Part shown: positions 49,410 through 57,362 of the stretch, one piece after another
How positions within the stretch are numbered: the first letter of the stretch is position 1
Layout: the number at the start of each line of letters is the position of its first letter
Source: an uncultured Ectothiorhodospiraceae bacterium
GTDB taxonomy: Bacteria; Bacteroidota; Ignavibacteria; SZUA-365; GCA-2699105
Assembly (NCBI GenBank): GCA_964408855.1
Contig: CAYPBB010000003.1
Location: 45,892-109,891 of the forward strand
Direction: 5' to 3'
Length of the DNA stretch: 64,000 bases
Notes under the pieces: generated by a model
What the model saw: the letters and a program-made list of their open reading frames with translations, nothing else
Told to the model about the DNA's origin: nothing
The model's database searches: none
Program-made: the position numbers and the translations under genes

Positions 49410-51718
49410 TCTTCACCATCGCAATGGTCCTCGCGCTCCTTCCGCGCGTATCGGCGCAGCAGGACACGACGGAATTGAATCTCTCCGGAATGGCCGCGTT
49501 CCGTCCCGGCGACGATCCCGTATGGCGCAGCAAGTACATCGACGAAGAAAACGGCTGGAATTTTGTTACCGTCCCCGGGGCGTGGGAAGACAACGGATAC
49601 CCGGTGCTCGACGGTTTCGGTTGGTACCGTATCAGGTTCAGGTTGCCGGATTCCATGCGCACCGATAGTCTGGTGCTCCTCATACGGGGCATCGACGACG
49701 CTGATGAGACATTTCTAAACGGTATAATGGTAGGGAAAAGCGGCGACTTCCCACCAAACCAGCGCTCGGAGTTGTACTCTCTACGCGCCTATCCTCTCCC
49801 CAAAGCGCTTCTGGAAGAGTACAATCTTCTTGCCATCCGCGTGTGCGATTTCGGCGAGAAAGGCGGCATCGCCGGGGATATGATCCGGATTGTTCCCGTG
49901 GATCGTGTCGCGGAGATCCTGAATCAGACCGTGGAAGAACCCTTCCGCGCGCCGCTGCTGTTTACCTCGAACGGCGTCAGTGTTTCTGCGTATAATCCCG
50001 TAACGGCGACAATCGAATGGATGAAGCCGCATTTGTTTTCCGAGTTGCAGGCGAATCTCACAACCGAAACCGTTCTCAGCTCGGTAACCCTTTCCGTCGC
50101 GCTCGATGGTTACGTTCACCGGCTGAAGGAATACGAAATCGATTTTACCGAATACTTCGAAAACACGAACATTATCCGGACCCGGTTCACGGAAGGATTC
50201 GAGGTTCTCTGGTATCATCCCGAAAAAACCAACCAGCAAGTGCTTGTCGGGATGCTGAAGCATCCGAAAGACGTAAACATCGAAGACGTCGGGCTGTTAT
50301 TTTCGGCGGACAAAAACTACTGGCAATACCGCGATTTCGTGCAGGATATCGGCGGCGAACGCCGGTACTACTTCGTCCTTGTATATCATTCCTGTTGCGA
50401 CGACCTGGCGCTCAGGGATCTGCGCGCCGTCGTGGGAGAAGCCGGCCGGGAATCGATCAACGATATTTCGCTCGAACGCCAATTGCTGGAATGGAAACAG
50501 ATCGTCAGCCGGATGTTCGTATTGCCGCCCCACCTCACGCCCGAGGAAAAAAACGTCTATATGCAATCGGTGGCATTGCTGCACATGGCGCAGGTACGCT
50601 CCGACGGAGCCGGAGACGGTCAGATCGTCTCCGCATTTTCTCCCGCATCGCGGGCATACACCGTGCCTCGCGAGCATCTTGTCTCCATTCAGGCGCTCGC
50701 CACCGCCGGATTACTTGAAGAAGCCGCGCGCGGATTTAAGTTTCTCGAGAACAGCGCCACCGGTAAGTTCATGTTCTTCGACGTCTACGGCGAAGAGTTC
50801 GGCGCCGGGTTGCCGTATTTTATCACCCCGTCGAAATATTACGGCTCCGGGATGGAATACACATGGAAAAAACCGGAAGAATCGGTGCTCAGTTATGACG
50901 GCATGGCGATATATATCGAAACAATTCAGAAGCTGCAGGACGCGAGCCGCAAATTATTCGAGCAGGAAGGAAGCCGGTTCAACGATAGTATCTTTGTTCA
51001 CACATACTGGAACCAACTTTCGCGCTTCACCGCGGATGTACTGATGCACGTGAGGGATTCCAGCGGTTTCATCAAGCGGGACGGCGGTCCCTTCGGCAGC
51101 GGACTCGATCTGAATGCGGGCATTTATTCGTCGATTCACGCATCGGCGGCGCTGCATATCGCTTCGGGGTATGCGGAGTTGATGCACGACGAAACACGGC
51201 ATACCGCATACGAGGAAGCGGCGCTCGATATTCGGCGCAGACTCGATAAAATCATAAAGAGCACAGCAGCAAGCATCGCCGAAAGTTCGTTGACAGTAAT
51301 CGAACGAAATCTGTTTCATCCCCTGTTGATCGATGGATTGACTATGCAGGTCTTCCCTCCACGCGGACAGGTAGCCCGCTTCGCGCTCGAAATGATGGAG
51401 AAGGGATTCAGCATTGAGAAAGCGAAAAGTATGTATAGCGCGCAACCCGACGGCGATTGGTTCGCCCGGCAGGCGCGTCCGCTGCTGACCATCAGGCTGG
51501 CACGCGCATATGCAGCCGATAAACAACTCCCCCGGGCAAACGAGCTGTTTAAAACCGTTACCGATATTGCCTCGGAACACTACGGGATGATTCCGGAATT
51601 CATCGCCGTGGATAGCGGCAACTGGTACGGCGGCGTTCCGGCAATCGGCTACGGCGCCGCGGAATACGTCCTCGCCGCATGGGAACTCTCCCGGCTCCGT
51701 CAGGAAAAGAATCCTTAG
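49397..51718 (+). CDS. secreted glycosidase-like protein (N-terminal galactose-binding-like domain + six-hairpin/(alpha/alpha)6-like C-terminal domain)
   Basis: Signal peptide (FTIAMVLALLPRVSAQQ). The N-terminal region resembles the GH2-N sugar-binding jelly roll (GFGWYRIRFRLP...LLIRGIDDADETFLNG). The C-terminal part is helical with glycosidase-like motifs (EHYGMIPEFIAVDSGNWYGGVPAIGYGAAEYVLAAWEL). Confidence 0.5.
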   Translation: MFRIVFTIAMVLALLPRVSAQQDTTELNLSGMAAFRPGDDPVWRSKYIDEENGWNFVTVPGAWEDNGYPVLDGFGWYRIRFRLPDSMRTDSLVLLIRGIDDADETFLNGIMVGKSGDFPPNQRSELYSLRAYPLPKALLEEYNLLAIRVCDFGEKGGIAGDMIRIVPVDRVAEILNQTVEEPFRAPLLFTSNGVSVSAYNPVTATIEWMKPHLFSELQANLTTETVLSSVTLSVALDGYVHRLKEYEIDFTEYFENTNIIRTRFTEGFEVLWYHPEKTNQQVLVGMLKHPKDVNIEDVGLLFSADKNYWQYRDFVQDIGGERRYYFVLVYHSCCDDLALRDLRAVVGEAGRESINDISLERQLLEWKQIVSRMFVLPPHLTPEEKNVYMQSVALLHMAQVRSDGAGDGQIVSAFSPASRAYTVPREHLVSIQALATAGLLEEAARGFKFLENSATGKFMFFDVYGEEFGAGLPYFITPSKYYGSGMEYTWKKPEESVLSYDGMAIYIETIQKLQDASRKLFEQEGSRFNDSIFVHTYWNQLSRFTADVLMHVRDSSGFIKRDGGPFGSGLDLNAGIYSSIHASAALHIASGYAELMHDETRHTAYEEAALDIRRRLDKIIKSTAASIAESSLTVIERNLFHPLLIDGLTMQVFPPRGQVARFALEMMEKGFSIEKAKSMYSAQPDGDWFARQARPLLTIRLARAYAADKQLPRANELFKTVTDIASEHYGMIPEFIAVDSGNWYGGVPAIGYGAAEYVLAAWELSRLRQEKNP

Positions 51719-51770
51719 CATCTCAATTTTCTATTTCACGAGCATTTCGTATCGGGGATGTCTTTTTGCC

Positions 51771-51799
51771 TTGACTTCCGGCGCGCATTGCGTTATTTT
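51771..51799 (+). promoter_or_regulatory. sigma-70-like promoter upstream of T9SS cargo array
   Basis: TTGACT-N17-TATTTT, about 65 nt upstream of the ATG at 51862. A short GC hairpin (acgccc-ttt-gggcgt) lies in the leader. Confidence 0.3.
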
Positions 51800-51861
51800 C
51801 TGTCAGCCTACCGAGAAACGCCCTTTGGGCGTGTCCATTATTATCTTGCCAGGAGTCTGTC

Positions 51862-53436
51862 ATGTCCCGCGCTTCCGTTACTGGAATTGTTGCGCTGTGT
51901 TTATTCTGCGCACCCTATCTTGTTGCCCAACAGCAACCCGTCGCCATAACCGTGGTCTGTGGATCGAAGGCCGCAACACCGCAAGCACATACTCATATCG
52001 CTGGAGAGCCGATAACCGTTCATCTCACCGCCCGCGACGGGAACGGCGATGTGATCCGCGATTGGGATCAAACAGGATCGGCTGCTACAATCACGCTTTA
52101 CAATTCGGATGCGAACACCGACACCAGTACCAGAAGCTGGAACGAAGATCCGGATGGCTACACCTGGGCCATGTTCTTCTATAACGGTCAACCGTTGCCC
52201 CACTCCTCGCCATACGGATGGACTCTCCCTCCGTCAGTCTTTACAGATGGAACAACCGAGTTGGAATTTGTGCATACAAAGACCGGCACAGGGATATCTT
52301 ATGAAATTACTCCTCCTCAATCGCCGCTCAGTCAGAAATCCGATGAGATGACCTTCGTACCTGCACAGACGTCTAGTTTCCTCGTCCAGTTGACGAACGC
52401 AGTGCCGGGTAAGACCGCCGTATTTCACATGCGCAAATATGAGATAACCGTCGTGCCTCGCGATAGGTATATGAATGTCACCGACGAGGTGATCCTGACG
52501 AAATTCAGCGCGCGGTTTCCCGGCGAGTTCCTGAATTCGCAGCCCGGGTACTCGGGATTGTTCGGCGGAGCGGTGTATTTGCAGGGCGCGACGAATTACT
52601 TCCTTGCTTCCACCACAAAGCGCGAACTTGGCGCCGACCAACTTCAATGGATCATGGCATACTCCGAAGCCGATCCGGATATCAACGGGAAAAGCCCCGA
52701 ATATGAAGTGCTTACCCATGCACCATTGTCTTTTCGGTTATTCAACCCGCCTGATAAATCATGGCTCCTTCTCCAAAGTCACACAACTCCGCAAGTATTT
52801 GATTGGGAACGAAGCGACGATGCTTACTCAGGGATCACAGTATCGAATACTACCGGCGAAATCGCATCCGATGTTGTTCGCTATACAATCCATTTCGTGG
52901 ATAGTCTCAGCCTGACACGGGAAGTAACAATTGATTCCGACGATCTTGGTTCAAAGTATAAATGGACGACAACCCATGGACAGCTTGCCGGTATCGTGCA
53001 GACGCAGGGAGGGGACCCGTTTGAACATAACATGATCTGGTTTGTCGAGGCGACGGACGGTTTTTACATAACAAGAAATGTCGATCCGAACCCATCGGTA
53101 CCTCAAATCGGATTTAGATTAAAGATATCGCCTGCGATTCCTCATCTTGTGGAATCGCTAAGAGGAGCAGCTTCCTCCTTCCTCCTCCACCAGAATTACC
53201 CGAACCCCTTCAACCCATCGACGACGATTCGGTTTGAGATTATCGAGCGCGGGCATGTAACTCTGCGCGTGTACAATCTGCTGGGAAACCAGGTGGCGGA
53301 ACTAGCGAACGAGACACTCGATCCGGGTGTGTACAGCGCGGAATTCAATGCTTCGGGATTGGCGTCGGGGGTGTATACGTACACGCTGCACATCGGGGAC
53401 AGGTTATTAAGCAAGCAAATGATTATTGAGAAGTAA
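51862..53436 (+). CDS. T9SS C-terminal-domain cargo protein, paralog family (long form)
   Basis: Signal peptide (VALCLFCAPYLVAQ). N-domain (LTARDGNGDVIRDWDQTG...NTDTSTRSWNEDPDGYTWA), middle domain (RKYEITVVPRDRYMNV...WTTTHG...WFVEATDG) and a type-A T9SS C-terminal domain (HQNYPNPFNPSTTIRFEIIERGHVTLRVYNLLGNQVAEL...GVYTYTL). Confidence 0.8.
   Translation: MSRASVTGIVALCLFCAPYLVAQQQPVAITVVCGSKAATPQAHTHIAGEPITVHLTARDGNGDVIRDWDQTGSAATITLYNSDANTDTSTRSWNEDPDGYTWAMFFYNGQPLPHSSPYGWTLPPSVFTDGTTELEFVHTKTGTGISYEITPPQSPLSQKSDEMTFVPAQTSSFLVQLTNAVPGKTAVFHMRKYEITVVPRDRYMNVTDEVILTKFSARFPGEFLNSQPGYSGLFGGAVYLQGATNYFLASTTKRELGADQLQWIMAYSEADPDINGKSPEYEVLTHAPLSFRLFNPPDKSWLLLQSHTTPQVFDWERSDDAYSGITVSNTTGEIASDVVRYTIHFVDSLSLTREVTIDSDDLGSKYKWTTTHGQLAGIVQTQGGDPFEHNMIWFVEATDGFYITRNVDPNPSVPQIGFRLKISPAIPHLVESLRGAASSFLLHQNYPNPFNPSTTIRFEIIERGHVTLRVYNLLGNQVAELANETLDPGVYSAEFNASGLASGVYTYTLHIGDRLLSKQMIIEK
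53174..53436 (+). repeat. CTD-encoding near-identical DNA repeat, copy 1
   Basis: tcctccttcctcctccaccagaattacccgaaccccttcaacccatcgacgacgattcggtttgag... This segment is shared by the four consecutive genes at >85-90% nucleotide identity by eye. Confidence 0.6.
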
Positions 53437-53437
53437 T

Positions 53438-54625
53438 ATGCGAATTGCAACACTTCTATTCGCGGTTCTCTCAATACTCAGCGTTTCGTCATGTATTGGC
53501 AGAGAGTGTTATTCTTTCTCCGATATAGAATATTTCGCATCTCCTCCTGATTCGCTGGATGAACTGCAAATCGAAATCACTTCCGTCGATTCAATGCGGC
53601 TTGCGGTGTTTCATCAGCGAATATATGAGATTGTTGTTACGCCATACGACAGGTATATGAATATTATCGACGAGCCGGTTGAGGTAACACTCTCTGCACG
53701 TTTTCAGAATGAATTCAGATTCGACGAACCTGGGTGCACGGATATTTTTTCATTGCCGCAAACGCTTCATGGAGAAACAGCATTTTATGTTATATCGACG
53801 GTCGATCGACAGCTCGGAGAAAACGAGCCACAATTGCTTACTGTAAACTCCGTATTAAAGCCACATGTCATGGGTTTCTCGAATTATTACGAAGTAAGAA
53901 GACATCCGCCGTCAAGCTTTATGCTTCTGAATCCGGCCAACAATACATTATTACTTTTACAATCCGCTACCACATCACAATCGTTTGAATGGCAACCCAG
54001 CATCGATCCGGTGCGATACAGTAAAATCTCGAGATATTCGAATGCGTTCCTGTTCGATTCGATCAGATACACAATCTCATTTACCGATAGCGCATCGCTC
54101 GCGCATACTGTGCGCATGCCTTCGGATCAACGAGGCATATCGCCGAAGTTTTCAACCACGCACGGCGAACTTTCGGACATCCTCGATCATATATTCGGGC
54201 GAACCTGGCTTACCGCCACTACCATTTGGTTTATCGAGGCAACCGATGGTATAACCACCACCAGCAACACTGTTTCGGACACAATCCAACAATACCCCGG
54301 ATTCTTCCTGCGATTCATACTTGGTGCTACCCCGCACGTGGAGCAATTGACGAGTCGAGTATCCTCCTTCCTCCTCCACCAGAATTACCCAAACCCCTTC
54401 AACCCATCGACGACGATTCGGTTTGAGATTATCGAGCGCGGGCATGTGACTCTGCGCGTGTACGATCTGCTCGGAAATCAGGTAGCAGAACTAGCGAACG
54501 AGACACTCGATCCGGGTGTGTATAGTACGGAGTTCAATGCTTCAGGATTAGCATCGGGGGTGTACACATATATACTGCAAACTGGGACATCAACTCTCAC
54601 CAAACGCATGATTGTGGAGAAGTAA
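53438..54625 (+). CDS. T9SS C-terminal-domain cargo protein, paralog family (short form)
   Basis: The ATG lies 2 nt after the previous stop. Signal peptide (MRIATLLFAVLSILSVSSC). It is homologous to the middle domain of the long forms (YEIVVTPYDRYMNI...SARFQNEFRFDEPGCT...WFIEATDG) and has a near-identical T9SS C-terminal domain. Confidence 0.8.
   Translation: MRIATLLFAVLSILSVSSCIGRECYSFSDIEYFASPPDSLDELQIEITSVDSMRLAVFHQRIYEIVVTPYDRYMNIIDEPVEVTLSARFQNEFRFDEPGCTDIFSLPQTLHGETAFYVISTVDRQLGENEPQLLTVNSVLKPHVMGFSNYYEVRRHPPSSFMLLNPANNTLLLLQSATTSQSFEWQPSIDPVRYSKISRYSNAFLFDSIRYTISFTDSASLAHTVRMPSDQRGISPKFSTTHGELSDILDHIFGRTWLTATTIWFIEATDGITTTSNTVSDTIQQYPGFFLRFILGATPHVEQLTSRVSSFLLHQNYPNPFNPSTTIRFEIIERGHVTLRVYDLLGNQVAELANETLDPGVYSTEFNASGLASGVYTYILQTGTSTLTKRMIVEK
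54363..54625 (+). repeat. CTD-encoding near-identical DNA repeat, copy 2
   Basis: Same ~260-bp segment as copy 1. Long identical runs include ccatcgacgacgattcggtttgagattatcgagcgcgggcatgt and gaactagcgaacgagacactcgatccgggtgtgta. Confidence 0.6.
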
Positions 54626-54626
54626 G

Positions 54627-56147
54627 ATGAATACATTTATACATATCGCCTGCATAGCAATGCTGATTCCGTGCATGGCGTTAGCGCAAGTGTCGCAATA
54701 CACCGCCGGAGACAGCGTTTCCATTGTACTTACCGCGAAGGACGGTTCGGGCAATATCATCACCGACTGGGATCAGACCGGTACAAACGCTATCCTCACG
54801 CTGCACAATTCCACCGCAAATACCGATACCAGCAATCGAAGCTGGAACGCTGATCCTATTGGCTATTCCTGGGCCATGGTGTATCATGATGGGCAGCCGT
54901 TGACGCAGATTTCCGATTACCAGTGGAATATGCCGCCTGCATTGTTTACGGATGGGACAGCAGAACTGACATTCGTTCACACAAAATCCACCGAAGAAGC
55001 AGCTTTTACGATGTCGATTGACGATACCAGCGCTTCATTCAAGATAGCACCAAACAGCATTAATTTTGTCGCCGGCCCTATAACGAATTTTCTTGTGCAT
55101 CTCGTTTCGTCGATTCCTGACAGCGAGGCGGTGTACAATTTTCGTAAATATGAAATCTTTGTCTGTCCGCGAGATAGATATCTGAATGTAACGAATGAGC
55201 AGATCCGGACGAGGTTTACAGCTCGTATTCCCGGCGAGTTTGCAAATTCGTTGCCGAGTTTTTCCGATGTATTTAGCGGAGACGTATTTATTCGAGGTAG
55301 TACGAATTTTTTCCTCGCATCAACAAAAGAACGCATTAAAGGCGTGGATACTCTCCAGTGGCTCAGCGTAACCGCTGGCGATGACTCAACAGTCACAGGT
55401 CGAACCTCAGAATATGAAATACGCCCGCATGCACCATCTGACTTTAATCTTCTTCTCCCAGTCGATGGAACAATCCTCACGTACAATACATGGACGACCC
55501 CGTACGAGTTTTCATGGGAGGAGGCGCCCGATCCATATACGAATATTCTAATTTCGATAGTATGCGCCGAGCTAGGAAACGACGTCGTCGACTATACCAT
55601 CCATATCTTGGATAGCGCCAGTCTCACGAAACGTACAATAAGACCGTCTGACAATAATAAGCGGTTGAATAAGTGGACAACCACCCATGGTGAGCTCCGG
55701 AGTATCGTGGAATCGCAGCCAGACACTGTTTCCTACCATGCGATGATCTGGTACGTCGAAGCTACCGACGGTCTATATGTTACCCAGAGCAATGATCCTC
55801 ATCCCGGTATCCCGCAAATCGGGAATCGGCTATCAGTATATATTCCCAACCCTGATAATGTTGAGCGAATTGCCCAGGCAGCGACCTCCTTCCTCCTCCA
55901 CCAGAACTACCCGAACCCCTTCAATCCATCGACGACGATTCGGTTTGAGATCGTCGAGCGCGGGCATGTGACCTTACGTGTGTACGATCTTCTCGGCAAT
56001 CAGGTGGCTGAACTAGCGAACGAGACACTCGATCCGGGCGCGTATAGCACGGAATTCAATGCCGTGGGATTGGCGTCGGGGGTGTACACATATATACTGC
56101 AAACTAGGATATCAACTCTCACCAAACGCATGATTGTGGAGAAATAA
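54627..56147 (+). CDS. T9SS C-terminal-domain cargo protein, paralog family (long form)
   Basis: The ATG lies 2 nt after the previous stop. Signal peptide (IACIAMLIPCMALAQ). It has the same N-domain (LTAKDGSGNIITDWDQTG...NTDTSNRSWNADPIGYSWA), middle domain and T9SS C-terminal domain. Confidence 0.8.
   Translation: MNTFIHIACIAMLIPCMALAQVSQYTAGDSVSIVLTAKDGSGNIITDWDQTGTNAILTLHNSTANTDTSNRSWNADPIGYSWAMVYHDGQPLTQISDYQWNMPPALFTDGTAELTFVHTKSTEEAAFTMSIDDTSASFKIAPNSINFVAGPITNFLVHLVSSIPDSEAVYNFRKYEIFVCPRDRYLNVTNEQIRTRFTARIPGEFANSLPSFSDVFSGDVFIRGSTNFFLASTKERIKGVDTLQWLSVTAGDDSTVTGRTSEYEIRPHAPSDFNLLLPVDGTILTYNTWTTPYEFSWEEAPDPYTNILISIVCAELGNDVVDYTIHILDSASLTKRTIRPSDNNKRLNKWTTTHGELRSIVESQPDTVSYHAMIWYVEATDGLYVTQSNDPHPGIPQIGNRLSVYIPNPDNVERIAQAATSFLLHQNYPNPFNPSTTIRFEIVERGHVTLRVYDLLGNQVAELANETLDPGAYSTEFNAVGLASGVYTYILQTRISTLTKRMIVEK
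55886..56147 (+). repeat. CTD-encoding near-identical DNA repeat, copy 3
   Basis: Same segment as copies 1 and 2 (tccttcctcctccaccagaactacccgaaccccttcaatccatcgacgacgattcggtttgagatcgtcgagcgcgggcatgtgac...). Confidence 0.6.
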
Positions 56148-56148
56148 T

Positions 56149-57354
56149 ATGAAAAAGATCGTAGCACCTTTTATGGCGTTTATTATGATACTTGGATATG
56201 CACATGTACAGTCGGGTATTTCGCAAGGTATTTTACACTCAACCGATCCTGTAATTGCGTCTGAACATACGCCTTACTCCGATACACTGGACTATATATC
56301 TTTCGAAGTTCGATCTGTGGATTCGACAAGTCTTGCTGTGTATGCCCAGCGGAAGTTCGAGATGATCGTTACGCCGCGTGACAAATATTGGAATATCATT
56401 ACGCGACCGGTACATGTCACATTTTCCGCACGTTTCCCCGATGAATTCAGATTTGATGAGCCGCGATGCACGAATATCTTTCAGGGCGTACAAACTCTAA
56501 ACGGTGAGACGGCATTCTATCTTGTTCCAACGAAAGACCGCCAACTGGGAGAAGCAGTGCAGCAGCTAATGTGGGTAACATCGGTCGACCAGCCGGAATT
56601 AGTAACGTATTCCGATTATATCGAAGTGCGCCGCCATGCACCGAAGCCGTTTAAGCTGCTGACGCCTACAGATGGAGTATTGATAGTCCTGCAATCGTAT
56701 AGTACACCGACAATATTTACATGGGAAGAGTCGCATGATCCTGTCGAGTACATAAAAACATCCAGGTACACCAATGATTTCCACTATGATTCGGTTAGAT
56801 ATACGGTATCTTTTCTTGATAGCGCAACATTGACTCACAAAGTAAGTATGTTGTCTGATGCGTTGGGCAGAAAACCAAAGTTGTCTTCTTCACATGGATC
56901 GGTTCATACAGCAATGGGAGAGATCTCTGCCTGCAACAATCCGTGGTGTTCATCCTTCTGGTTTGTCGAGGCGACCGACGGTCTATATATTACTCACAGC
57001 AATGCACCTTATCCCGGTATCCCGCAAATCGGGAATCGGCTTTCGACGTATTACCCATACGTAAACGTTGAAAAACTTGCTCTATCATCCTCCTCCTTCC
57101 TCCTCCACCAGAACTACCCGAACCCCTTCAACCCATCGACGACGATACGGTTCGAGATTGTCGAGCGAGGGCATGTAACTCTGCGCGTGTACAATCTGCT
57201 GGGAAACCAGGTGGCGGAACTAGCGAACGAGACACTCGATCCGGGTGTGTACAGCGCGGAATTCAATGCTTCGGGATTGGCGTCGGGGGTGTATACATAT
57301 ATACTGCAAACTGGATATGCTATCCAATCTAAGCAAATGATTTATAACAAATAG
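56149..57354 (+). CDS. T9SS C-terminal-domain cargo protein, paralog family (short form)
   Basis: Signal peptide (MKKIVAPFMAFIMILGYAHVQS). It is homologous to the second gene of the array (FEMIVTPRDKYWNI...SARFPDEFRFDEPRCT...WFVEATDG) and has the T9SS C-terminal domain. Confidence 0.8.
   Translation: MKKIVAPFMAFIMILGYAHVQSGISQGILHSTDPVIASEHTPYSDTLDYISFEVRSVDSTSLAVYAQRKFEMIVTPRDKYWNIITRPVHVTFSARFPDEFRFDEPRCTNIFQGVQTLNGETAFYLVPTKDRQLGEAVQQLMWVTSVDQPELVTYSDYIEVRRHAPKPFKLLTPTDGVLIVLQSYSTPTIFTWEESHDPVEYIKTSRYTNDFHYDSVRYTVSFLDSATLTHKVSMLSDALGRKPKLSSSHGSVHTAMGEISACNNPWCSSFWFVEATDGLYITHSNAPYPGIPQIGNRLSTYYPYVNVEKLALSSSSFLLHQNYPNPFNPSTTIRFEIVERGHVTLRVYNLLGNQVAELANETLDPGVYSAEFNASGLASGVYTYILQTGYAIQSKQMIYNK
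57089..57354 (+). repeat. CTD-encoding near-identical DNA repeat, copy 4
   Basis: Same segment as copies 1-3 (tcctcctccttcctcctccaccagaactacccgaaccccttcaacccatcgacgacgatacggttcgagattgtcgagcgagggcatgtaactctgcgcgtgtacaatctgctgggaaaccaggtggcggaactagcgaacgagacactcgatcc...). Confidence 0.6.
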
Positions 57355-57362
57355 CCTAATCA

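Noticed and set aside
50954-51721. 255-aa minus-strand ORF within the glycosidase-like gene
   Set aside because: It is an antisense shadow.
53174-57354. Possibility that the ~260-bp direct repeats are a CRISPR array or mobile-element terminal repeats
   Set aside because: The repeats are about 260 bp long, coding (T9SS sorting domains, in frame within four genes) and spaced about 1.2-1.5 kb apart. No cas genes or transposase are present.
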